NCBI RefSeq assembly: GCF_006345805.1
Contig: NC_043008.1
Coordinates: forward strand, 33,480,001 to 33,544,000
Reading direction: 5' to 3'
Source of the DNA: Octopus sinensis
Taxonomy: Eukaryota
Length of the DNA stretch: 64,000 nucleotides
The notes beneath the pieces are model-generated. The model was not told the origin of the DNA and made no database searches. It worked only from the letters and a program-made list of their open reading frames with translations. Below are positions 51,555 to 61,720 of the stretch, in pieces (within the stretch, counting starts at the first letter, position 1; each line of letters starts with the position of its first letter). Made by a program: the position numbers and the translations under genes.

Positions 51555-51960
51555 GGCGTAGGAATGACTGTGTGGTAAGTAGCTTGCTTACCAACCACAT
51601 GGTTCCGGGTTTAGTCCCACTGCGTGGCACCTTGGGCAAGTGTCTTCTACTATAGCCTCGGGCCAACCAAAGCCTTGTGAGTGGATTTGGTAAAAGGAAA
51701 CTGAAAGAAGCCCGTCGTGTATATATATACACACACATATGTGTGTGTGTATATGTTTGTGTGTCTGTGTTTGTTCCCCAACATCGCTTGACAACCGATG
51801 CTGGTGTGTTTACGTCCCCGTAACTTAGCGGTTCGGCAAAAGAGACCGATAGAATAAGTACTAGGCTTAGGATAAGTCCTGGAGTCGGTTTGCTCGACTA
51901 AAGGCGGTGCTTCAGCATGGCCGCAGTCAAATGACAGAAACAAGTAAAAGAGTAAAAGAG
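51555..51960 (+). mobile_element. SINE family B, full length
   Basis: GGCGTAGGAATGACTGTGTGGTAAG head through the AAGTAAAAGAGTAAAAG tail. Confidence 0.9.
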
Positions 51961-51971
51961 AGTTAAGAGTA

Positions 51972-52057
<86 letters not shown>

Positions 52058-53394
52058 TAGCATTTAAACCAGCCATATCAGCCACATATATTCTACATGT
52101 TTTATGTTCAAGCCGGCCAGATTCAGCCTCTCACATCTACCATACAATGTCATTCTAAAAATATACAATTCAACCTCAATGAAATCTTGAAGCTACTAGA
52201 TAATACATAATTGATTGAAACCTATTTCAATCAATCAGCATTATGCTTGACTTAGTAATCTGAATGCTAAAAGGATATACTAGCCAAATATTTTCATTTT
52301 TGTTTCTTTCTCTTACTGGAACATTTTCCCGACATTTGACTAACAGCTATATCAACTTATGCATTTTACAAGCCACCGACAAAGCATCTCGTGACTGCTT
52401 GACCTGCAAGAAATAGCTGTCAAATCTCTTTCGAACCCTATCGTATTAAAAAAAAAAGGGGGGGACTAATTTGTCTAAGAAGTCTATAAAAGACATATAT
52501 ACACTGGAATCATAAATAAGAATAGGAGCTTCGGCCTTCATGTTTGTTTCCGTTTTTGTTGAAATTTGCACCTAGAATTTATTAGCTCAGCCTGCCAAGT
52601 TCACCACCATCTATGGTGAGACAACATTTGAATCTTGATAAATCAATTCACTTCCACTGTCAATGGCCTTATTCGGATCAGCACATATATTGAGATATTC
52701 GTAGAAAAACATTTTCCTTTTTCCTTCGGCTGCTTAAAGACAGTTTACTTCCACCATATTGAAAGTCAGCGATTTGGCTTTCACACACACACACTGCCAG
52801 CTTCGCGCGAGTTTTACGCAAGAGATTCTCTAGCAAAACTAACATATTGTATTTACTTCCAACTCGCAGCAATTGTGATAAACTTCGTAACGGTTGAATA
52901 AAATCAACGGGTATAAATAATCTTTCGTCAATTTATTTCAGTACATTCGGAATTGATTAACTGTGCAACATGAAGCATTTCTCAGCTTCTTCTCTCTAAT
53001 TTGTAACGTCTCTGCTATGTCACAATTCACCAGTTACATTTACATTACGTTTGGCACCCCAACTTATACCTTACTATTACAAGTCCTAAGCGATACACGA
53101 AAAAAACAAAAAAATTTTAAAAATTAGATGATTACAGCTGCAATGTCTTAGCCCTGCTTATTCAAGGCTGGCTTGCGGCTGTAAACAATAAGTATTGTGA
53201 ATAGATGAGTAAGTTTCTGTGATCGCTCGACCTGCTTATAATAGCAACCAAAATTTCTTTTAAATTATGCCTTATAACTTTAGCTACAGGAAACATTAAA
53301 CAGTGAGGAACCTCGTACTAAAAATAAATGAAAGAAACGAAACGGTTGCAGTCGGGACTGTTTTGATCACATGTTTGCCCCTGAACCGGGGCCG

Positions 53395-53725
53395 ATGGCG
53401 CAACTAATAGGGGAGCAAGGGAACGACTGCCTTCCCCCACACCGAGCACATAATTCAAAATTGGCGCCTTTACAACAATTTTTAAAAAACTCTTTGTGCA
53501 ATAAAATTTGAATCATTTTTTTTGGTTTTTGTTAATCGCATGGCTTTCGAAGAACCTTCTGGATTTTTAACTCTTTGCTCAGTCTCCTGTGATATTTTGG
53601 TGACCGTTAACATTTAAAGAAACAAAACAAACCCTGACGTCATAACCTCCCGACTCTGGACATTTCTGTGCAGGTTCATCTTTTTCACGGTGTCTTTTTT
53701 TTTATGTACTCGTTCCCGCTGACTG
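53395..53725 (+). mobile_element. Diverged copy of the 39290-39775 repeat
   Basis: See the shared blocks listed for 39290-39775. Confidence 0.6.
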
Positions 53726-53956
53726 AAGAACCTGGTTACGTTTACCTGGGGCTAAGCAACAACAATTAGTGTATTGTATTTGTGGGTCGACCAGCTGCTA
53801 AATTTCTTTCAAGTCACATCTTATCATCTTTAATTATGAAAGGACATATTAGGTAACAATGTTTCTCACATTCAAAACTGATCGGATGGCCAGGACTGGA
53901 ATGGCTTTGATCATAGGTCTACTCAGTCAGAATTCACCATGGCTGGCATTTCGAGA

Positions 53957-54190
53957 GCGGCGAGCTGGCAGAAACATTAGCATGCCGGGCGAAATGCTTA
54001 ACGGTATTTCGTCTGTCTTTATGTTCTGAGTTCAAATTCCGCCGAAGTCGACTTTGCCTTTCATCCTTTCGGGGTCGATAAATTAAGTACCAGTTACGCA
54101 CTGGGGTCGATGTAATCGACTTAATCCCTTTGTCTGTCCTTATTTGTCCCCTCTATGTTTAGCCCCTTGTAGGCAATAAAGAAATAAGAA
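53957..54190 (+). mobile_element. SINE family A, full length
   Basis: GCGGCGAGCTGGCAGAAAC head through the AATAAAGAAATAAG tail. Confidence 0.9.
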
Positions 54191-54619
54191 ACGTTAGCGT
54201 CGGAAAAAAATGCTACGCAATATTTGTTCCGCTTCTTTACATTTTGAGTTCAAATCAAACTGAGATCAATTTTGCCTTTCGTCCTTTCAGGTTCGATAAA
54301 ATAAAGTACTAAGGTTGATGATATCGACTAATTCTTTCCTCTCAAAAATTGTTGTCCTTGTTCCGGTATCAGAAACCATTATGTATAATTGAGTAATTAT
54401 TGAGTAATTATTGAACATAATAACAGATGTATATGTCATCATAAATTCTGTATCGCTTCCTTAGGGTCAAACAAAGAATACGTCAAAGATTACAGGTGCC
54501 AAAGTGCAACCTCATTTATTTTCTTTGACATTTAAAAACTTGTCTGAGGATCATATAAATCTGAATTGTGTACCACAATGGAAGAGTATGATGATAAAAA
54601 TACTTTTAACATAAGTTTT

Positions 54620-54910
54620 TTTTCTTTCACCTGTTTCAGTCATTAGACTGCGGCCATACTGGAACACCGCCTTGAAGAATTTTAATCAAACGTATCAACC
54701 CCAAAACTTATATTTGTAAAGCCTGGTTGTCAAGCAATAGTGGGGAACAAACACACGACAGGCTTCTTCTAGTTCTCGTCTACCAAATCCACTCACAAAG
54801 CTTTGGTCGGCCTGAGGCTAAAGCAGAAGAGGTTTACCCAAGGTGCCGTGCAGTGGGCCTGAACCCAGAACCCTGTGGTTAGGAAGCAAACTTCTTACCA
54901 CACAGCCATA
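54620..54910 (-). mobile_element. SINE family B, internally deleted
   Basis: Family B blocks in reverse orientation. Confidence 0.75.
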
Positions 54911-55028
54911 GAGGAGAAAACTATAACTATATAGGGGAAAAGCTGAACAAAACTTCCTCAAGCAGATTAATCGAAAACAATTGAAGATGCAGGTTCTGTT
55001 TACAGAATCTTTGTTGCATCTATACTAT

Positions 55029-55446
55029 TGTAACGTGAAAGGATCTATCATCGAAGCACTGGCAGGGTGTCGAGATCCTTTCTAGTCACATACAAAAATT
55101 CTTGTAGAAAACAAACAGACGAAACTCAGGTTAAAGGTGAACAGACAACTTGGTTTATTGATTCATGGTTGTACGTTGTCTGATGGGGGAATAGACAGCC
55201 TCTGATATACTGCTGGTGTTGGTCGTTGAGGTTGGTTGAAGTTGGTTGAAGCTGGTGTGTGGCTGTCAGAGCCAGGAAAACCGTGACCGATCGCAGTGCT
55301 GTCTTGAGCCGAAGAGAGCGATTTGAGGTTCGCGGGCTCGAGAGATGTTTTCCCGCACATGCGCATGGGGAAGACTTCCGGTGGCCACCCGGAAGTAGTC
55401 CCATTCTGCGCATGCGCGCCGAACCCTACACTGTAGCATCACTACA
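55029..55446 (-). repeat. 3' LTR (418 bp)
   Basis: TGTAAC...CTACA. Matches 59645-60062 except CTAGTCAC vs CTAGTTAC. Confidence 0.97.
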
Positions 55447-55458
55447 GGGCTCCCCTCC
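55447..55458 (-). promoter_or_regulatory. Polypurine tract
   Basis: GGAGGGGAGCCC directly upstream of the 3' LTR TG. Confidence 0.85.
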
Positions 55459-55571
55459 GAGTGCGAAGTACGGCAACCAGAATATTGTGGTGGTGCTGCA
55501 GAAAACAGAAGGCTTGCCGATCCCCCAGAAGACTTGGTACATACTATTATACAATAAGAAACATTTTAAAG

Positions 55572-58500
55572 TTAAATGTAAATTGTTTTTGAAAGTTTCT
55601 TGGGCCAATGCACTGTTCTGCCCGATTTTGTAACATACGGTGTGCTCGGGGCACCCGTTGACGGCGAGGGTGGTGTTGTAGGAGCCGGTGAAGGTGTTTG
55701 TGCAGGTGAAGGCGTTTGTGCAGGTGAAGGCGTTTGTGCAGGTGAAAGTGTTGTTAAAGGTGCATAGGTGGGTGTGTCAAGGTTGTCATCAAAAGATGAA
55801 GACGTCTCAAAATGTGCCTTTTTTAAACGGTCCACGGAAACGGTCTCCGAACGACCATTTATCTCAATCGTGAAAACCTTTGGTGTGCGAGAAAGCACAC
55901 GAAAAGGTCCTTTATAGGGAGAAACAAGTGGGCCCTTCACAGAATCGTCCCGAACAAAAACATGCGACCAGGTGTTCATATCCGGTGGAAGATGGGACGG
56001 TGGAGATTGCTTTCTGGGAAGCATGGGCGGAAGGTTTGAAAAATATTCCCGCAGTCTGGTGACATAGGTCGCCGGATCATGGGGCGGGGAAGTGTCTGGC
56101 ACCAACATCGTACCGGGCAATGCCAGTGTGGTACCATACAGCAGCTCTGCAGCAGAAAACCCCAGGTCTGCCTTGACAGCAGTCCGACAGCCGAGAAGCA
56201 CAATGGGCAGAAATTCGATCCAGGACTGTGGGTCCGAAGAGGCACGAAGAGCGGCCTTGAGCTGTCTATGGAACCGCTCAACCAATCCATTAGACGCTGG
56301 ATGGTAGCTTGTGGTGTGGATATGGTGCATACCCAAAATTCGCGACAATTCGCGAAATAGCGAGGCCTCAAACTGTCGTCCACGATCAGTTGTCAATCGG
56401 GACGGGACTCCGAAGCGAGAAATCCAGTTTGAAACGAAAGCTCGCGCAACAGTCTCAGCAGAAATGTCTGCTATCGGAATGGCTTCTGGCCAGCGGGAGA
56501 AACGATCGACACAAGTTAATAGATAAGAGAACCCGCGACTCACAGGCCATGGTCCAACCAGATCGATGTGGACATGGCGAAAACGGGCCTCCGTGGGGGG
56601 AAATTGTCCAAGCGGGGCACGAACGTGCCGTTGAATCTTGGATCGTTGACACTTGGAGCAGGTGCGTGTCCAACAAGTAATTGTGCGACGCATATTCGGC
56701 CAGAAAAACCGAGCAGTGATTAGTTTGAGGGTGGCAGCGATGCCAGGATGTGATAAGGAGTGCAGTGCTTCAAACACTGAGCGTTGATGGGTCTCAGGCA
56801 CCAGTGGCCTGGGAGATCCAGTTGAAGTGTCACAAAGAATGGTGCCTTCGGCTGACGGAAGCGGAAGGTAGGAAAACTGGCAACAGGAGAACTTGGGAGA
56901 AGTTAAATCTAACGACGCCAAAGGTGGCTGCTCCTGCGATATGGCAGCTAAGTCGATAGCAGCAGGAGACGAAAGGGCGCAAACTGGAAGGCGAGAGAGA
57001 GCGTCAGCAGGAACGTTCTCTTTTCCAGGTATGTGTCGAATGTTGCTAGTAAATTGAGAGATAAAATCCAGGTGCCGAAAAGCACGGGGTGAGAGTTTGT
57101 CCGTTTTTGAAAACAGGGCAAACGTAAGGGGCTTGTGATCCGTATAGATCACAAAATCTCGCCCTTCAAGTTGATGCTGGAAATGACGAACCGATAGATA
57201 GATCGCTAGGAGCTCACGATCAAAGGTGCTGTATCGTCGTTCAGCTGGTTGCAGTTGACGGGAAAAGAAGGCTAGAGGTCGAACATGGTCATCCACTGTG
57301 TGTTGTAACACAGCGCCAATGGCAGTGTCCGATGCGTCCACAGTCAAAGAGAGAGAAGCACCAGGAACTGGATGTGCAAGCAAAGAAACAGAAGCCAGCT
57401 CCTTCTTAATGGACTCAAAGGCTGTCACTGCCTCAACAGAGAGGGTGACTTGACTGTCCTTTCTAGGAGAGTCCTTTAACAGCCTGGTGAGAGGTAGCAG
57501 CTTATCTGCACAACCGGGAATGAAACGTCGGTAGAAATTGACCATCCCTAGATAATGCCTGAGCTGGCGCAAGGAAGTGGGGGGTGCGATGCGTTGAATG
57601 GCATCGACTTTTGACGAGAGGGGGCTGATTCCAGTCGAATCAATATGATGCCCTAGAAAATCTAGGGAAGAGCGTCCGAAAACACACTTGTCGGGGTTTA
57701 TGCGTATGCTATACGCGCGAAGACGCTGGAAGAGTTGAGAAAGGTGCCGGAGATGATTTTCTCGTGTGTCGCTCGCAATGAGTATGTCATCGACATAGGC
57801 AAACACAAAATCAAGACCGCGGACAACCTCATCAATGAAACGCTGGAAGGTGCTAGTAGCATTCCGCAAACCGAAACTCATGTACAAAAACTCAAAACAC
57901 CCAAACGGGGTAGTGATTGCAGTTTTTGGAACGTCGGCTGGGTTGACCGGTATTTGGTGGTAAGCGCGTATCAGATCGACCTTCGAAAAAATGGTACAAC
58001 CATGGAGATTTGCTGTAAAGTCCCGGAGATTTCTAATCGGATAGCGATCGGCTATTGTGACGGCATTGAGGCGTCGATAGTCTCCAACCGGGCGAAAATC
58101 AGACTCGCCCTTTCGCGCCAAATGAAGGGGAGATGCCCATGGGCTGGTGGAGGGGCGTATAATGCCAAGTTGAAGCATGTGCTCAAACTCGGCTCTGGCC
58201 GTTTTAAGTCGGTCTGGCGCTAGGCGCCGGGGGCGTGAGAATACAGGTGGCCCATTGGTGGTGATGAAATGGAGGGTCGAGTGGGTAGGATTTTCCGGTT
58301 TAAAGGCAATGTCCACTAGCTCCGGAAATGAAACCAAAAGAGAGTGAAATGGGTCTCCAGAGGTGGCAACAAAGAATGTCGGGCTAAGGACCGCAGTGGT
58401 GGAACTCCCAGTCGGTGTAGAGAGCGACGTCGTGCTATCAAGAAGCCTCCGACGCCTGACATCCACCAATAGGTTAAACCTATCCAGGAAATCAGCGCCG

Positions 58501-58832
58501 AGAATAGGATGTGGGATGTCAGCGATGACGAAAACCCATCGAAAGTCTCGGCGAAGGTTGAGGTTGAGGCGCAGCGAAATCTGACCGTAAGTGGTTATGG
58601 GAGACGAGTCAATAGCATGCAAGACAATCGAAGAGCGCTTCGGCTTGTCTGCAGCCAGACGAAGGGGCCAGATGCTGCAACAGGAACCGGTGTCTACCAT
58701 GAAGAATGTCTTCGACACCAGATCTTTTACATAGAATGCACGATGTTTGGGAAACGAGATGGAAGAAGGTGACGTGCTCACCTCCTCCGGATTTAGTTTT
58801 CCGAGGGCTTGAAAGTGCACGGCTGGGTACAC
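55572..58832 (-). CDS. pol: Gypsy Pol polyprotein (aspartic protease, RT, RNase H, integrase), 1086-aa open frame, probably entered by -1 frameshift from gag
   Basis: PR FMVDTGS; RT GDYRRLN, PFG, YVDD; RH VDASD..DHKPL..DALSR; [33 protein letters not shown]. No internal stops. Confidence 0.97.
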   Translation of the reverse strand: MYPAVHFQALGKLNPEEVSTSPSSISFPKHRAFYVKDLVSKTFFMVDTGSCCSIWPLRLAADKPKRSSIVLHAIDSSPITTYGQISLRLNLNLRRDFRWVFVIADIPHPILGADFLDRFNLLVDVRRRRLLDSTTSLSTPTGSSTTAVLSPTFFVATSGDPFHSLLVSFPELVDIAFKPENPTHSTLHFITTNGPPVFSRPRRLAPDRLKTARAEFEHMLQLGIIRPSTSPWASPLHLARKGESDFRPVGDYRRLNAVTIADRYPIRNLRDFTANLHGCTIFSKVDLIRAYHQIPVNPADVPKTAITTPFGCFEFLYMSFGLRNATSTFQRFIDEVVRGLDFVFAYVDDILIASDTRENHLRHLSQLFQRLRAYSIRINPDKCVFGRSSLDFLGHHIDSTGISPLSSKVDAIQRIAPPTSLRQLRHYLGMVNFYRRFIPGCADKLLPLTRLLKDSPRKDSQVTLSVEAVTAFESIKKELASVSLLAHPVPGASLSLTVDASDTAIGAVLQHTVDDHVRPLAFFSRQLQPAERRYSTFDRELLAIYLSVRHFQHQLEGRDFVIYTDHKPLTFALFSKTDKLSPRAFRHLDFISQFTSNIRHIPGKENVPADALSRLPVCALSSPAAIDLAAISQEQPPLASLDLTSPKFSCCQFSYLPLPSAEGTILCDTSTGSPRPLVPETHQRSVFEALHSLSHPGIAATLKLITARFFWPNMRRTITCWTRTCSKCQRSKIQRHVRAPLGQFPPTEARFRHVHIDLVGPWPVSRGFSYLLTCVDRFSRWPEAIPIADISAETVARAFVSNWISRFGVPSRLTTDRGRQFEASLFRELSRILGMHHIHTTSYHPASNGLVERFHRQLKAALRASSDPQSWIEFLPIVLLGCRTAVKADLGFSAAELLYGTTLALPGTMLVPDTSPPHDPATYVTRLREYFSNLPPMLPRKQSPPSHLPPDMNTWSHVFVRDDSVKGPLVSPYKGPFRVLSRTPKVFTIEINGRSETVSVDRLKKAHFETSSSFDDNLDTPTYAPLTTLSPAQTPSPAQTPSPAQTPSPAPTTPPSPSTGAPSTPYVTKSGRTVHWPKKLSKTIYI

Positions 58833-59275
58833 CGATCTGCCCTTTTGGTAGAGCGACTACGACTGCGTTGTCGGCGCTCGATCGCACGGGATAGATCGTC
58901 GATTCGCCGCGTGAGCGCATCAATCCGCTCGGCTAGTGAAATTTGCGCAGGGCCCCCTATACATGCACAGAGGCCTCGCGATGGAGATGGATTCGGAAAT
59001 TCCAGTATTCCATCGGCCATCGTGGCAATCTGAATATTGCTCTCCCCCGAACGTGTGTTGCGGCGGAGGATTTCTGCTTTCACAGACGCGTATGTGGCAT
59101 CCGGGTGGGGACTTATTATTAGATCCCTGATCGATGCGGCGAGTCGGGGATGTAAGCCGGAATATAGCAGGTGCAACTGCTGCTGTGGAGAAATGGCATG
59201 TGCATCAAAATACCACTCCACTTGGGCAAACCACAGGCCCATATCCCCCGTAAATGAAGGCAAACCTGAAGCCAT
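58793..59275 (-). CDS. gag: Short Gag (160 aa), apparently internally deleted
   Basis: [15 protein letters not shown]-terminus, [18 protein letters not shown] basic tract, and C-terminal CTQPCTF..SEN*. Confidence 0.85.
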   Translation of the reverse strand: MASGLPSFTGDMGLWFAQVEWYFDAHAISPQQQLHLLYSGLHPRLAASIRDLIISPHPDATYASVKAEILRRNTRSGESNIQIATMADGILEFPNPSPSRGLCACIGGPAQISLAERIDALTRRIDDLSRAIERRQRSRSRSTKRADRCTQPCTFKPSEN

Positions 59276-59632
59276 GCCTTTGTCGGAAGGAATCTGTGAG
59301 AAGGGGGCAGAAGGTATGGTCTAGAAGTGGAGAGAGAACACGTGGAACCGAGAAGGCAATTCAAAATTGTGTTTGTGTGTGCACCTCGTGGGTAGCAAAA
59401 AAAAGGAATAAGTGTGTACAAGGAAAACAAAATACAGAAAAGGAAAAAAATGAATGTGTGTGTGTTTTCTTTTTCTTTGTTTTTTTTTTTTTTTTTTTTG
59501 TACTGTGTGCGATGAATAAGGCTATTTGACCCACCTCGCCGTGCTGAAAAGGAGAAAATAGGAAAATAAATGTGAATTTCCGCGCTCTTCGGCCCCAAAA
59601 AAAACCTGTTCGCTGTGTCTTTTTCTCAACTA

Positions 59633-59642
59633 GGGGTCACCA
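59633..59642 (-). promoter_or_regulatory. Primer-binding site, tRNA-Trp type
   Basis: TGGTGACCCC lies 2 nt downstream of the 5' LTR and is complementary to the ..GGGGUCACCA 3' end of metazoan tRNA-Trp (10-nt match). Confidence 0.75.
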
Positions 59643-59644
59643 AT

Positions 59645-60062
59645 TGTAACGTGAAAGGATCTATCATCGAAGCACTGGCAGGGTGTCGAGATCCTTTCTA
59701 GTTACATACAAAAATTCTTGTAGAAAACAAACAGACGAAACTCAGGTTAAAGGTGAACAGACAACTTGGTTTATTGATTCATGGTTGTACGTTGTCTGAT
59801 GGGGGAATAGACAGCCTCTGATATACTGCTGGTGTTGGTCGTTGAGGTTGGTTGAAGTTGGTTGAAGCTGGTGTGTGGCTGTCAGAGCCAGGAAAACCGT
59901 GACCGATCGCAGTGCTGTCTTGAGCCGAAGAGAGCGATTTGAGGTTCGCGGGCTCGAGAGATGTTTTCCCGCACATGCGCATGGGGAAGACTTCCGGTGG
60001 CCACCCGGAAGTAGTCCCATTCTGCGCATGCGCGCCGAACCCTACACTGTAGCATCACTACA
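59645..60062 (-). repeat. 5' LTR (418 bp)
   Basis: As for the 3' LTR. The minus strand contains an AATAAA signal. Confidence 0.97.
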
Positions 60063-61443
60063 CTATTGTGAACAGAAAGGTATCAAAGCTTCTGATACCA
60101 TGGCGAGTCCAGAATGAACTATGCGAAAATCTTGTCGGTTGTAGAATGTTATCTTAAATTTCAAGTCAGTTTTGCTATCCGTGTATTTGGAAAAGACGAG
60201 AAAAAGTATCAAGCTGTCGATGAAATCTTCTACATAACTTCTTTTTTGTAGATATCTTCAATGATGCTGTAAAAAAAAAATCACTATTGCTTCTGACCCT
60301 GCAACTTTGTAAATTTCATCTGAATGTCATTGTATTAATTTATTTAATTTCTGGCCCTCGCAGACAACAGAAGGTTGTAGGTCCAAGGTTGGCTGAGAGA
60401 TATTTGATTGAGATTCGAGAGAGTGACGGCTGTCGAATCATTAAATTTTGTAAGTACACTTGTTGCAAGTTCCCTAATCAATTTTGAATAATCTGGGACG
60501 GAAGTTATCTCCCTTGCATCTTGCAAGGGCTTACAAGGTTCTCCCATCCTGGCGAGAACACCAAAACCTCTCTCATATGACAACCTACAATCATATAAGG
60601 GTAATTTTCCCATTTGACATCCGTAAAATCATGGCGATCCAAAAAAGGTTATTTCAATAAAACATTTCATAATTATAAGTGATACACTACCAACAGCGAG
60701 TAAAAATGTTAGACTTATTTTGAATAGAGATTCGCCCTGGATACTTTTGAGACTTCTTTAACAATCCACAGAGGGCACACCAAGCAATACAAGTTGCTGA
60801 ATCTGAGAAAGATCGAGCCAGTATCGTCATTGTAGGCCTTTCATCGATTTTCAGCTTATCTAAGTGTTTCGTTTGGGATCCGCAGGAAAAGGAGGAGTAA
60901 CCGGGCGTCCGTCCATGAAATTGAAACTAAAATAAATTTGATTTTACGAACGTCAAACAGGAAATTGCCCCGATAAGATAGACACACTGGATAATTTAGT
61001 AAGAGATACGTCGAAAAAAGGTAAATAAAAGCACCTGTCAACATAGGCCTATTCTGTAGCTAAATGACAATAGGAATAATTTTATGTGATTTTAGAGAAT
61101 CGTGGGAAGTCACCAGAGTAAATACATTCAATAGAATTGTTGATGAAAAAAGCATTGCTGTATATTTATTCCTCCCTATGGCAGGACTTCCTTTCCTTTT
61201 GATAGCTCTAGTATTTCAGAGATGAACATTTTATCTTTTGCTTCAGCTAATGAACTATGGCTATGTAGGGGCACTGCCTCGAAAGGTTTTAACCAAACAA
61301 ATCGACCCCAGTACATTTTTTTTTAAAAGTCTGATACTTATATTGTTTTCTTTTGCCGAAGTGCTAAGTCACAAGGAATGTACACAACCCGGCGATAGTT
61401 GTCAAGTAGTGGTGGACAGAAACACAGACATACACACACGCAT

Positions 61444-61720
61444 ATCATTATCCTCATCGTTTAACGTCTACCTTCCATGCTGGCATGGGTTGGACGGTTT
61501 GACAGGAGCCAGCCAGGCAAAAGACTGCACGAGACTTGTGTTTTGGCACGGTTTTTACAGCTGGATACCCTTCCTAACATCAGCCACCTGCAGTGGACTG
61601 CTTTTCACGTAGCCTCTGTACAGGTGAGGCCAGTTTTGGCATGCTTTTTACAGCTGGATGCCCTTACGACAGAAATTTTCAGCAAATGCAAATATATGGA
61701 CAAATTTCTTTTGGGGAATT
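61444..61720 (-). mobile_element. Family E retroposon
   Basis: CATCGTTTAACGTC..TTCCATGCTGGCATGGGTTGGACGGTTTGAC and CAGCTGGAT(A/G)CCCTT. Confidence 0.7.

Larger units (their letters stand above)
55029..60062 (-). mobile_element. Full-length Ty3/Gypsy LTR retrotransposon, very recent insertion
   Basis: Paired TG..CA LTRs, 4-bp TSD CTAT (55025-55028, 60063-60066), PBS, PPT, gag, and pol in PR-RT-RH-IN order. Confidence 0.98.

Noticed and set aside
55126-60117. Small ORFs inside the LTRs and antisense to pol (e.g. 57735-58223)
   Set aside because: They are shadows of a GC-rich coding region or duplicated LTR sequence, with no independent coding signal. No env-like ORF fits between the pol stop and the PPT (about 110 bp).
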